A DNA stretch of 64,000 nt from a virus, in the IMG/VR virus record IMGVR_UViG_3300046170_000301; one strand, 5' to 3'. Shown piece after piece: positions 27,268-36,785 of the stretch. The translations under genes and the position numbers were made by a program. How positions within the stretch are numbered: position 1 is the first letter of the stretch; each line of letters begins with the position of its first letter. The notes under the pieces are model-generated. The model had not been told where the DNA came from. It made no database searches and saw nothing but the letters and a program-made list of their open reading frames with translations.

Positions 27268-28214
27268 TTGAATTCACATCCCATCATAATTTCAGTAAGA
27301 CAAGCAAGCAGATTAATCTCTTGGTCAGCAACAAAAGAAATCTGATATTGATAACGAGCAATAATCATAATAGCTTCTGGAATAGATGGGGACTTTAGAT
27401 TTTCATAAAGAACATCATAAATTTTTCTCATCACGATATTAGGGTCATTATCAATATTTTCCACAACCCATTTCTTGACCATAGTAAACTCTTTGTTTTT
27501 CAAAGACCTCACCAAATCATCAAGATTAACATCAGCGATATCAACAAGAATACCAGCATCAATCTTTCCAACTGCAGCATGGCGTTGAGTTTCATTAATC
27601 AACCTACGCCAATCTGGATAGTAACGTTTGATAAGTTTGATTAGAACTTTGTCGTTATACTCTACAGAGTTTTCATCCAGGATTTTTTTAAGGCGGAAAA
27701 AGAATTTTGCCTGTAGTTTATCGGACTCCTCATGTTTAACTCTAAAGTCAATGACTGTACAACGAGAATGTAAGGGGTCAATAATTTTGTTGGGAAAATT
27801 ACAGGTAAAAATAAACCTACAGTTGCTGTGAAACTCCTCTACAGCACTCCTGAGCGAGAGCTGGACATCATGGGTGGTGTTGTCTGCTTCGTCGATGATA
27901 ACGACCTTGTGGGCTGCATCAGCGGTCAATGAGACGGTCGTAGCGAACTGCCTGGCCCTGTTCCGAACTGTATCCAGAAAACGTCCCTCATCAGAACCGT
28001 TGATGACGATATAAGATGCTCCAATCTCATCACACAATGCTTTAGCAACAGTTGTTTTGCCAACACCAGCAGACCCACAAAGCAAAAGATTAGGGATTTC
28101 CTTTTGTGTAATGAATCCCTTGAAAGAGTTTTTAATTGTCGAAGGAAGAATACAATCCTCGATAGTGTGAGGACGGTATTCTTCTGTCCATAGATACTTT
28201 TTATTTTCCATCAA
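27264..28214 (-). CDS. g44: Clamp loader large subunit (gp44)
   Basis: W.E.YRP, GVGKTT, IDEAD, SRC. Confidence 0.95.
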   Translation of the reverse strand: MMENKKYLWTEEYRPHTIEDCILPSTIKNSFKGFITQKEIPNLLLCGSAGVGKTTVAKALCDEIGASYIVINGSDEGRFLDTVRNRARQFATTVSLTADAAHKVVIIDEADNTTHDVQLSLRSAVEEFHSNCRFIFTCNFPNKIIDPLHSRCTVIDFRVKHEESDKLQAKFFFRLKKILDENSVEYNDKVLIKLIKRYYPDWRRLINETQRHAAVGKIDAGILVDIADVNLDDLVRSLKNKEFTMVKKWVVENIDNDPNIVMRKIYDVLYENLKSPSIPEAIMIIARYQYQISFVADQEINLLACLTEIMMGCEFK

Positions 28215-28882
28215 GGTTCACAAGCAATATAGTAAGTCAAATCGAGTTTGGTGTGTTTCCATTCAGTAATAAGTTTACTGGAAATCTTCACCATATAATC
28301 CCCAGGAAGAAGACGGATATTGTCCATCTTCATGTACACTTCATGGTTTCCTGTAGTAGTTGCTGAGCATAACTGTGAGTATACATTGCTGGTTTCGTTT
28401 TCTTTATCACACAAGTTCAAGGAAACTTTATCTTCTTCTGAGTTAATCCTCAAATCTGGGATTTCATATACGGAACGAGCTTTAAGAAGAGCAGTCAAAT
28501 CTTGCTGTGTAAAAGAAAACTCCATATCAGCACCAAGAAAATTAACTTGTTTTTCTGGTGCTGCTTTAAGAGTAATCTCTGGACTTGAAAAATAGTATCG
28601 TGCTGTTTTGTTTCTGCTTCGGATGTTTACATAAGTTTCGTTATCAAACTCAAGAACTGGGTCATCAAACAAAGAAAGACCAGCAAGAAACTGATTCAAA
28701 TCATAGATACCAAATTTTCTGGGGAAAGTTTCTTGACATTGATATTGAGCAATAGCACTTTCCCCTACGCTAATTGTGCTTAGTTGATTTCCCTCCCGAA
28801 TCAAAATTGAACTGTTAATGGTAGCGAAGTTCTTCAGAACCATCATTGTTTGCTGTGAAATAATAACCTTAGTCATAATCAA
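28211..28882 (-). CDS. g45: Sliding clamp (gp45)
   Basis: LKNFATINSSI, FGIYDLNQFL, YYIACE. Confidence 0.95.
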   Translation of the reverse strand: MIMTKVIISQQTMMVLKNFATINSSILIREGNQLSTISVGESAIAQYQCQETFPRKFGIYDLNQFLAGLSLFDDPVLEFDNETYVNIRSRNKTARYYFSSPEITLKAAPEKQVNFLGADMEFSFTQQDLTALLKARSVYEIPDLRINSEEDKVSLNLCDKENETSNVYSQLCSATTTGNHEVYMKMDNIRLLPGDYMVKISSKLITEWKHTKLDLTYYIACEP

Positions 28883-29166
28883 GAATAGTGTTTGTCAGAA
28901 TGAAGAAGAAGCATGGTGTAATGCATTGCTTTAAATAAATCCATTTTGTTTTTTCCATTCTTTTGACCGTACCTATCTCCATACTTAACAAGATTTACTT
29001 GGCAAAAATCTGGTGCCCTTCCTTTGGAGATGGCAAGGTCAATTGTTTGGATGTCAGCAGAACCTTCTTCTGTTCCACAATAATGACTTTTGTATGTACT
29101 CTTCAGATATTCTATAAACTCATCAAGAATTTCACCCTCATTGTATTTCCATTTAAACTCTTCCAT
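28879..29166 (-). CDS. DUF3310-like protein
   Basis: TY..HY, IQTID, N..KY..RYG.K, DL.KA.HY. Confidence 0.7.
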   Translation of the reverse strand: MEEFKWKYNEGEILDEFIEYLKSTYKSHYCGTEEGSADIQTIDLAISKGRAPDFCQVNLVKYGDRYGQKNGKNKMDLFKAMHYTMLLLHSDKHYS

Positions 29167-29333
29167 CAACCCTCCATAACAAACTTCAAGTCATCATAAT
29201 AGCACTCATTCATGTTGCCGTCAAGGTCTCGGACAGTAAGTTTTTGACCCTTTCCATCAATAATTCTAACGGTGTTGCCGTTCCGAAGAACAGCAACATT
29301 TCCGTTGTAACTATGATACTCAGTTTTCTTCAT
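29166..29333 (-). CDS. Small hypothetical protein (55 aa)
   Basis: MKKTEYHSYNGNVAVLRNGNTVRIIDGKGQKLTVRDLDG...; fills the gap, overlaps both neighbours. Confidence 0.6.
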   Translation of the reverse strand: MKKTEYHSYNGNVAVLRNGNTVRIIDGKGQKLTVRDLDGNMNECYYDDLKFVMEG

Positions 29334-30426
29334 CAGACTCTACAGAATTAGCATCGACTTTTCCATACAAGTCAAGGAAAGCACTCTTGGTTTCGTCATC
29401 AAAACGATTTACACAAACTTTAAGTGCTTTCATTTTGTTACCGAAGATAGAGTAAGCACGAATGATGTGGGTAAGACGACGAGTAGAGATGACTTCATCA
29501 ATACCACCTTCATCAAAAGTTCGTCGAATCTGATTTGCCCAGAAAGCAAGACGCTCACAGAACTCTTCATTATGGCAATCAAGTTTCTTAGAAAGCTTCT
29601 CAAGAATCTTCTGCTCAGTTTTAGGAGTAGGATAATCTTGCTCAAAAGTCAAAGCAAAACGCTCAAGGAATGCTTCGTTCAAAACATTGGTGCCGATAAA
29701 TCGACCATCATCAGAACCTTTACCTTTGGTGTTTGCTGTAGCAATCACAGTAAAACCATCTGCTGGTTGAATACATTTACCAGTTTTCTTCAGGAACACA
29801 CCCTTACCTTCAAGAATAGATTGAAGACAAAGGATTTTGTTTGAAGCAAGGTCAATCTCATCAAGGAGAAGAACAGCACCTCGCTCAAGTGCTTCAATCA
29901 CAGGACCGTTGTGCCAAACAGTATCGCCATTGATAAGACGGAAACCACCAATCAAATCATCTTCATCAGTTTCGATGGTGATATTAACACGAATGAGTTC
30001 ACGCTTTAGTTGAGCACAAGCTTGTTCAACACTGAAAGTTTTGCCATTGCCAGACATGCCAGTGATGAAGACAGGATAAAAAATACCAGAAGAAATAATT
30101 TTCTTAATATTAGTGAAGTTGCCAAAGCTGACGAAGTTAGCATCTTTTTCAGGAACAAGAGATTGGAAGGGAATCATAACATGCTCTACTTCTTGTTCAG
30201 CAGGTTCAGCAGAAGGAGAGTTGTAGGTGTTTTCGATTTGTTGGGCAGTAAGATTCCACTGACCACGACCAACTTTATAATCTTCAAGACGCTTGCTAAT
30301 AGTCACATAAGTGCTTTCAAATTGCTTAGAGGCGTCGATGATAGCATTGCTACCAATTTCGTTGCCATAGTATTCTTTGAGATAGTCAACGATTTCGGCG
30401 GTGGTCACGTTAAAAGAGCGAGGCAT
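29320..30426 (-). CDS. cobS: CobS-like MoxR AAA+ ATPase
   Basis: GMSGNGKT, LLDEID, ATANTKG, AFLERF, STRRL. Confidence 0.9.
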   Translation of the reverse strand: MPRSFNVTTAEIVDYLKEYYGNEIGSNAIIDASKQFESTYVTISKRLEDYKVGRGQWNLTAQQIENTYNSPSAEPAEQEVEHVMIPFQSLVPEKDANFVSFGNFTNIKKIISSGIFYPVFITGMSGNGKTFSVEQACAQLKRELIRVNITIETDEDDLIGGFRLINGDTVWHNGPVIEALERGAVLLLDEIDLASNKILCLQSILEGKGVFLKKTGKCIQPADGFTVIATANTKGKGSDDGRFIGTNVLNEAFLERFALTFEQDYPTPKTEQKILEKLSKKLDCHNEEFCERLAFWANQIRRTFDEGGIDEVISTRRLTHIIRAYSIFGNKMKALKVCVNRFDDETKSAFLDLYGKVDANSVESDEEN

Positions 30427-30453
30427 GATGTAAAAGTCCTTTGGAACTATTTA

Positions 30454-30509
30454 AGTATAGAGTGTTTGAGGGAGAAATCTCCCCCGAGTGGACAGTTTTG
30501 AAACTGTCA
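30454..30509 (-). promoter_or_regulatory. Phage-type promoter: palindrome TGACAGTT-N4-AACTGTCC 30 nt upstream of TATACT
   Basis: Inverted repeat; related copy at 32687-32743. Confidence 0.6.
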
Positions 30510-32663
30510 GGAGATGAGAGAAGCAAAAGAAGACAAAACCTTTTTATTGGTTTTCTTGTTTTTCAGCATAGAGCGAAATGCTTTGCCAATATCTGCTGGT
30601 GTGGCATCTTCTTTAACTTGAAATTCTGTAGAAACCTCAAGGTTATTACTGGCAAGGAAGTAAAGAGCATCGTAAGCAGTATCAGTAAATTCAAAAGATT
30701 TATCTTTAGAGAAAATTTTAAAACATTCTGGATTACATTCTCTATAATAACTTTTATAAAAAGACCTGAAATCATGATTACTTCCAATACGGAATCCAAT
30801 AATATTAACATCTGGATTACGGTCTTTGAGATTATCAAGAAGAATATAAGTTGGGAAATTATTGAGATAGTTATAACTAAAAGACCGATAAACTTTCCCA
30901 GTTTTCCTGTCACGAAGACGTTCTTTATTCGAAATTTTCTTAATACAATAGGAACCATAAGTTTCATTATATGTTGTGTTGTAAGCTGACATATTGGATT
31001 CTCCATCAGTCAAAATAACAACATTGGTTTTTTGAATCTTGTTCTTGTTTTTGAACTCAGGAATGACGGAGTTCAACACAACAATAGTATCATTAAGAGG
31101 AGTTCCACTCAAGTCAACTCCATGGGGAGAACAAAGATGACCATCACCAGCATTGGCACAACGCCAGAGGTTTAGCATGGATTCTTCAAACTTACTATTG
31201 TTAACTCTACTAGTAACAAAATTAAGCAAAGAGAAATGATTGGAAATTTTATAAATAAACTCCTTCTCTTCATGACATAAATGATCACCATTATAACTAT
31301 AATTCCACTCATTAGTGAAAGCATAAACTTCAAATGGGATTTGAGTTTTACGACAGAACCAGCAAAGATTCATCAACTGCTTCACTGTGGCAACAAGGTT
31401 TAGTGCCATAGAACCAGACCAGTCGAGAATAAAAATCATGCCATGATTCTTACCTTCAGGAACAACAGCAACTTTACGAAACAAATCTTCGTTATACTTG
31501 TAAGTATGAAGTTTTGAGGTATCAAGAACGCCTGTCTTATTCAACATAATACGTTGATAAGCATCAGCAGATTTTTTACTCTCAAACTCTTTTACAAGAT
31601 AGTTGACTTCTTTCTGTGATTCTTTTTTGAACTTTTTATATTCTTCATCAACCATAGTCAAACTTCCAGTATTAAAATAATTTGTATAGAATGTGGTGAT
31701 GTGTTTTGTGAGTCTATTGTTATCAACAATAACTTTAGAAGTGTCTACATCTGGAAGTTCAATATAAACATCATCAGATTGTAACTTATCAACCAAAGTT
31801 TTAGACATCTGATTAAAGTTACTTTGAGTTTTAGAAACTCCTTCACCTTTCAAATCGCCACCAATGGGCAATCCATCATTACCAGATTCATCTTGACCAG
31901 AAGGTTCTGCTTCTTCATCATATCCAGAAGTTCTTTCGCCTCCACCTTCTTCGCTTTTGTTTTCAGAAGTGCTTTCGCCTTCACCTTCTTCGCTTTTGTT
32001 TTCAGAATTGCTTTTCTGCTCACTGGTAGGTTGACTATCAGATTCAACACTATCTCCACTACCATATTGCTCCTGAGTTTGAACATCAGAAGGAATCTCA
32101 GCAGAATCTTTCTTGTGCTCTTTAATGTAATTACAAATCTGCTTACAGATTTCAATCACATCTTCAAAAGTTTCACACACATCAATCAGTTCAATGAAGT
32201 GCTTCTCATCTTCACTAAAAGGAATATCAGAATACAAACCAATTTTGTAGAACAGATTGATACGGTCAATCAAAGACATAGTAGAGATGTCAGTTTCTTT
32301 TATGCCAAAGAAATCATCACGATTAAGTTCTTGATAACCAGTAAAGAATGTCTTTGCCAAACCAGGAAACTTACGCTTCATAAGTTTCTCGATACGAGCA
32401 TCTTCAATAACGTTAATAAAATCTTTCGGGATATTACTACTAAAGATTTCTTCCCAACCATCAACGGGAGTATAAAGAGCATGACCAACTTCATGACCCA
32501 CAAGAAGGTCATAGACATTGACAGATGCTCGCTCCCAGTTTGGAAGCGTAAGCACACGACGCTTCACATCAAAGGATGCCGTGGAAACTTTCTTGTGCTC
32601 AATAATAAGGTTCTCAGTAGCAAGAAGACGGGCGAGTGTGCCTTTGATTTCTTTGTAAGACAT
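30507..32663 (-). CDS. HExxH metallopeptidase-like / vWA (CobT-like) protein
   Basis: GHEVGHAL, N..EDARIE, acidic linker, MIDAS DWSGS, GTPL, LTDGE. Confidence 0.85.
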   Translation of the reverse strand: MSYKEIKGTLARLLATENLIIEHKKVSTASFDVKRRVLTLPNWERASVNVYDLLVGHEVGHALYTPVDGWEEIFSSNIPKDFINVIEDARIEKLMKRKFPGLAKTFFTGYQELNRDDFFGIKETDISTMSLIDRINLFYKIGLYSDIPFSEDEKHFIELIDVCETFEDVIEICKQICNYIKEHKKDSAEIPSDVQTQEQYGSGDSVESDSQPTSEQKSNSENKSEEGEGESTSENKSEEGGGERTSGYDEEAEPSGQDESGNDGLPIGGDLKGEGVSKTQSNFNQMSKTLVDKLQSDDVYIELPDVDTSKVIVDNNRLTKHITTFYTNYFNTGSLTMVDEEYKKFKKESQKEVNYLVKEFESKKSADAYQRIMLNKTGVLDTSKLHTYKYNEDLFRKVAVVPEGKNHGMIFILDWSGSMALNLVATVKQLMNLCWFCRKTQIPFEVYAFTNEWNYSYNGDHLCHEEKEFIYKISNHFSLLNFVTSRVNNSKFEESMLNLWRCANAGDGHLCSPHGVDLSGTPLNDTIVVLNSVIPEFKNKNKIQKTNVVILTDGESNMSAYNTTYNETYGSYCIKKISNKERLRDRKTGKVYRSFSYNYLNNFPTYILLDNLKDRNPDVNIIGFRIGSNHDFRSFYKSYYRECNPECFKIFSKDKSFEFTDTAYDALYFLASNNLEVSTEFQVKEDATPADIGKAFRSMLKNKKTNKKVLSSFASLIS

Positions 32664-32686
32664 CGATGTTTTGTTTAACTGAAGTC

Positions 32687-32743
32687 AGTATACACAAAAA
32701 AAGAGGGGCACCAAGACCCCTCAGTCCACTTCTGAAAGTGCCA
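32687..32743 (-). promoter_or_regulatory. Second palindrome-type promoter overlapping the g46 terminator
   Basis: TGGCACTT-N4-AAGTGGAC 31 nt upstream of TATACT; GAGGGG/CCCCTC + T-tract in between. Confidence 0.55.
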
Positions 32744-34451
32744 CACGAGGCACACTGAAGTTCTTTATCTTTTCAAATCGTATAGTTTTATCAAACTTAT
32801 CAGACATACCCTCTTTATGTGAGATAACAAATACATTTGTATTAGTATCAAAGTTTTTTAGTATCCACCCAAGTTCGGTACTACCGTTAGCATCTAAAGA
32901 CCCATCAAATATTTCATCTAAAATGAGTAGGTTAGTATCCACGCTATTCTTAAGTTTAGCAACAGAACGCCAAGTAAGCAACAGAGCGATGTCAATACGA
33001 GCTTTCTCTCCCTCACTGAAAGATTCATAACTGAAGATATCTCTATGTCTTGATTTGATTGTTTCTTCAAAGTTTTCATTTAATGTAAAGTTTACATAAA
33101 AGTCCATGTTCTGTAGATAATCATTAATTAAAGTATTCATCACTGGCAAATACTTTTTAATGATTCTGGTTTTGATACCATTGTCTTTAAGAAGTTTAGA
33201 AGCAACAAATAAACAGTCACGTTCTTCTTTGACAACTGCCATATCTTTTTTCAATCTTTCTAACTCAGCATTCATCTCTTGAAGTTTTTCTTTCTCTTGA
33301 GATGAATTAGAGTTATTGTTCTGAAGTTCTTCTATCTCTTTCTGTAAAGCAGAAGATTCTTTTTGGTATCGTGAGATTTGAAACTGTTCGATTGATATCT
33401 CATTTAATATAGTTTTAATATCATTAGAGATTCTTACAAATTTTTTTTCTCTTGATTCTTCTTGATTTATTGTTTCATCAAGTTCCTCCATACCTTTACG
33501 AAGTTCTTTGATTGAACTCATGATTTCATCGACTTTAGCATCTCTTAGAGATTCTGTGATGTCCTGTGTGCAGGTTGGGCAAGTGGTATTCTTGACAAAA
33601 AACTGATGTTGATTTTTGTGGTTAGAAAACTTCTGTTGTATTTTTCCTTTGAGGTTTGTTAACTTTTTAATCTTCTCAGTAGCAGAAGAGTATTGTTCTA
33701 TTTCACTATTAAATTTTTGATGTTTTTCTAAAAGTCCGTAACGGATTTTATCTGATTCTGATTCTTGTTCCCACAACTCATTTAGTTTTACTTTCTTTTC
33801 TTTGATATCATTTTCAGTTCTGCTCTCGATATCTTTGATGAATGACTCCTGCATGTTTATCTTTTCAGCATACATATCCAATTGATAATCACGGTCTTTA
33901 ATATCATCATTAGCAAACTTTAACTTTTCCTTAAGATTTGAGTTCATCACAGAAAAGATTTGGATATCAAGAATGTCCTCAATAATTTCTCTACGTTGTG
34001 CTAACGGCAATCTCATGAATGGAACAAACGTAGATGAACCAAGAACCACAATCTGTGTAAATGATTTGTAATTCATCTTCAGAATATTCTGCTCAAGAAA
34101 CAGTTGGTATTCTGAAGTAGATGAGTTCTGGTCTAATAGTTCGTCATTCTGATAGATTTCAAATATTCCTGGTTTGATTCCACGTCTGATTAAAAAATTA
34201 TTCTTACCAATATCAAACTCAACTTCTGTTACACAATCTTTTTCGTTTATACTATTAACCAACATTGGTTTGTTGATTTTACGAAATGGTTTACCAAATA
34301 AACTAAACGTCAAAGCATCAAGCACTGTGCTTTTTCCTGCTCCATTAGCACCAATAATCAGATTTGTTTTATTTTCTGTTAGATTAATTTCTGTGAATAC
34401 GTTGCCAGTAGAAAGTAGATTACGCCATCGAATCTTGTTAAAGGTAATCAT
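32721..34451 (-). CDS. g46: SbcC/Rad50-like recombination ATPase (gp46)
   Basis: GANGAGKST, CPTC hook, FSEGEK, LDEIFD. Confidence 0.96.
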   Translation of the reverse strand: MITFNKIRWRNLLSTGNVFTEINLTENKTNLIIGANGAGKSTVLDALTFSLFGKPFRKINKPMLVNSINEKDCVTEVEFDIGKNNFLIRRGIKPGIFEIYQNDELLDQNSSTSEYQLFLEQNILKMNYKSFTQIVVLGSSTFVPFMRLPLAQRREIIEDILDIQIFSVMNSNLKEKLKFANDDIKDRDYQLDMYAEKINMQESFIKDIESRTENDIKEKKVKLNELWEQESESDKIRYGLLEKHQKFNSEIEQYSSATEKIKKLTNLKGKIQQKFSNHKNQHQFFVKNTTCPTCTQDITESLRDAKVDEIMSSIKELRKGMEELDETINQEESREKKFVRISNDIKTILNEISIEQFQISRYQKESSALQKEIEELQNNNSNSSQEKEKLQEMNAELERLKKDMAVVKEERDCLFVASKLLKDNGIKTRIIKKYLPVMNTLINDYLQNMDFYVNFTLNENFEETIKSRHRDIFSYESFSEGEKARIDIALLLTWRSVAKLKNSVDTNLLILDEIFDGSLDANGSTELGWILKNFDTNTNVFVISHKEGMSDKFDKTIRFEKIKNFSVPRVALSEVD

Positions 34452-34708
34452 AAATCTTGGGGTGGAATAATTAGTTCATCTGTAGAGATTATAGCATACT
34501 TTTGCTCTTTCTCTTCACATATATTAATGATGTCTTCAGCATCTATTTCGACAAGTGCCAATTCTGGTATGTCTTTTATGTTAGTTGTCATCTCATGATA
34601 TCTCATAGCATCATCCTGTTCTTCAAAAATTGGAATTACTTGGTCTCCAAAATCGTCTCTTATACAAAAAACACCGCTAACTTCTTCTGCCAGAGTGAAA
34701 ATAAACAT
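34448..34708 (-). CDS. Conserved hypothetical protein
   Basis: FEEQDDAMRY motif, between g47 and g46. Confidence 0.75.
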   Translation of the reverse strand: MFIFTLAEEVSGVFCIRDDFGDQVIPIFEEQDDAMRYHEMTTNIKDIPELALVEIDAEDIINICEEKEQKYAIISTDELIIPPQDL

Positions 34709-35754
34709 TACTTTGCTTCACAGCTTTCAATATATAGAGATTTCATAAGGTCTTTTAGAGATTTCTTATCTACGGTCATCTCTACTTCATCAATGTATTC
34801 ATTAAGCAAACTTAACGTATCCTTAATTTCGATATCATCATCGGTTTTTTTCCGATCTTCCTCCAAAAAATTTTCAATAATTTTTAAATCGTGAACTCCA
34901 GCATCATACAGTTGGTTAATTATTTTATCAAAAGCGTAGTAATCTGTTTTATTTTCTACGACAACCTTAACAAAAGTGTTTGAATACTCACTGGGATTGA
35001 TGCTGAAATTACTATCAGCATCATCATAATAAATTTTCTGGAAAATCGAGTACGGGTTTTTAACAAATTGTAACGTATTAGTAGACGGTTCATAGAGATG
35101 AAATCCTCGGGGATCTTTATAGTCGTTCCAAAACATCTCGTAAGGATTGCCGAGATAAGTGATATTACCACGACTTGATTTGTGGTGGAAGTGCCCCGAG
35201 AATACCTGTTTGAATTTAAAGAATACATCTGGATCCATACCTCCTTCGTGAAGCATACCAGGCGAAACCTCAAAACCATTTAGTTCAAGATGTCCCATTG
35301 CTATTTTAGCTCTGGTATTTTTAATGTGCTCCATTGTCTCATCATAGTTCTCATTGTTAATCCAAGGAAGCATCAAGATGAGTTCGTTATCAATCTTTAC
35401 AGTTTCTGGTTGAGCGTAAACATCGATGTTTGGATAATCTTTCAGCAATAAATCTGGAGCATTGATATCATTTGTGTTTTTATAGTATACACAATGGTTT
35501 CCAAGAATCATATGGACATGAACGCCCATATTAAAAAGGCGGTCGAAATAATAACGACGAACACGAGCCCAAACATTATAATCAATGTTCTTACGATTGT
35601 CAAAAGTATCTCCAAGGTCAATAACGGTTGATATCCCTCGTTCCTCAAGTGTCGGAAAAAATACATCATCGTAGAACTTCTTAAAATATTCCCAGAAAAT
35701 AATGCTACCTTTTCGTCCGTCCAAATGGCAATCTGTTATAAGTGCTACAGTCAT
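34708..35754 (-). CDS. g47: SbcD/Mre11-like nuclease (gp47)
   Basis: D.H, GD.FD, GNH, GHL, SGHFH. Confidence 0.95.
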   Translation of the reverse strand: MTVALITDCHLDGRKGSIIFWEYFKKFYDDVFFPTLEERGISTVIDLGDTFDNRKNIDYNVWARVRRYYFDRLFNMGVHVHMILGNHCVYYKNTNDINAPDLLLKDYPNIDVYAQPETVKIDNELILMLPWINNENYDETMEHIKNTRAKIAMGHLELNGFEVSPGMLHEGGMDPDVFFKFKQVFSGHFHHKSSRGNITYLGNPYEMFWNDYKDPRGFHLYEPSTNTLQFVKNPYSIFQKIYYDDADSNFSINPSEYSNTFVKVVVENKTDYYAFDKIINQLYDAGVHDLKIIENFLEEDRKKTDDDIEIKDTLSLLNEYIDEVEMTVDKKSLKDLMKSLYIESCEAK

Positions 35755-36245
35755 CGATTCATTTTTGTTTCAAGGTTTTCTTTAATGCTTCCCATATCAG
35801 CATACGATTGATTCATACCAACCATATCAGAACCATAGTCATCTGTGTGCATGACCTCATCAAATCCAGAACGTTCAAGTATTTTCTGTTTAATATCTAG
35901 TTGCTTTTTCTCCTTTGAGATTCTACGAAGGAAAGCAAACCAAATAATCTGAGTGAAGTAAGCAAAAGGATTCTTTGATTTATCTGGATTGAAGTTATCA
36001 ATATACTGAACACAGTTTTCAATGCCATCACTAATCATATCCTCACGAAACATGTAGTTGACAAAGTTAGGCTTGAACGAAAGATGAGTAGCAATCTTCA
36101 GAAAACAGTCCCCAATGTAATTTGGGATACGGGGACGAGGAAGGTCTTTCTTCTTCGCTATCTCTACCTCATCCTTATAAGCAATAATCGCTGCTAAGAA
36201 ATCTTTGTTATTAACATAATACTCTTTGCTCTTCGTTCGTGCCAT
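35751..36245 (-). CDS. g55: Late sigma factor (gp55)
   Basis: YVNNKDF, DMISDGIENC, NPFAYFTQI. Confidence 0.96.
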   Translation of the reverse strand: MARTKSKEYYVNNKDFLAAIIAYKDEVEIAKKKDLPRPRIPNYIGDCFLKIATHLSFKPNFVNYMFREDMISDGIENCVQYIDNFNPDKSKNPFAYFTQIIWFAFLRRISKEKKQLDIKQKILERSGFDEVMHTDDYGSDMVGMNQSYADMGSIKENLETKMNR

Positions 36246-36276
36246 AACACATTGTCTCTATATCGTAAGTGTCTGT

Positions 36277-36305
36277 ATTGTAACAAATATTTCAGGATTC
36301 GTCAA
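36277..36305 (-). promoter_or_regulatory. Sigma70-type promoter of g55
   Basis: TTGACG-N17-TACAAT. Confidence 0.75.
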
Positions 36306-36324
36306 GTGGAGGAGGGGGGGGGGG

Positions 36325-36353
36325 TTGACAAACCTCATAAAACCCAGTAGAAT
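36325..36353 (+). promoter_or_regulatory. Sigma70-type promoter pointing antisense into the uvsW operon
   Basis: TTGACA-N17-TAGAAT directly after a G11 tract. Confidence 0.65.
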
Positions 36354-36380
36354 AACTCTGTCAAGGGTTCAAGAGACATA

Positions 36381-36782
36381 TTAACTTTTATTAAATATAT
36401 CTTCAAGATATTTTTTAGTTTCCTTTACAGATCCTAAGTATCCCATTCTTCTACTGAATGACTTAGGATCTGTTTTACTTTGTTGAGGTATATTCAATTC
36501 ATTATTGATTGATTTAATATAATAACTCTCTACTCTTTTATCTAACTCTGTCATAGTAATTACTTGTTCCATTTTAATAATAAACATTTCATCATATGAA
36601 GAGTTAATCCAATCTTTTAAAATAAATCCATTTACTTTTTCTCCATGTCTTGATGTTTTAATTGTATTAACTACTTTTGGTTTATCCAGTAATAAACTAT
36701 TTTCTTCTGTTAAGTAACATACTTTAGCAATAATTTCTTCTCCAGAAATTAATTTTATTGTTGAATAAAACTCCTCTTCCAT
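36381..36782 (-). CDS. Conserved hypothetical protein (Sm-like fold)
   Basis: IKLISGEEIIAKV; C-terminal MGYLGSV..K..LE.IF. Confidence 0.75.
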   Translation of the reverse strand: MEEEFYSTIKLISGEEIIAKVCYLTEENSLLLDKPKVVNTIKTSRHGEKVNGFILKDWINSSYDEMFIIKMEQVITMTELDKRVESYYIKSINNELNIPQQSKTDPKSFSRRMGYLGSVKETKKYLEDIFNKS

Positions 36783-36785
36783 AGT

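Noticed and set aside
29320-30426. cobS as evidence of cobalamin synthesis
   Set aside because: It is a MoxR-type AAA+ ATPase paired with a vWA protein, common in T4-like phages, and no other cob genes are present.
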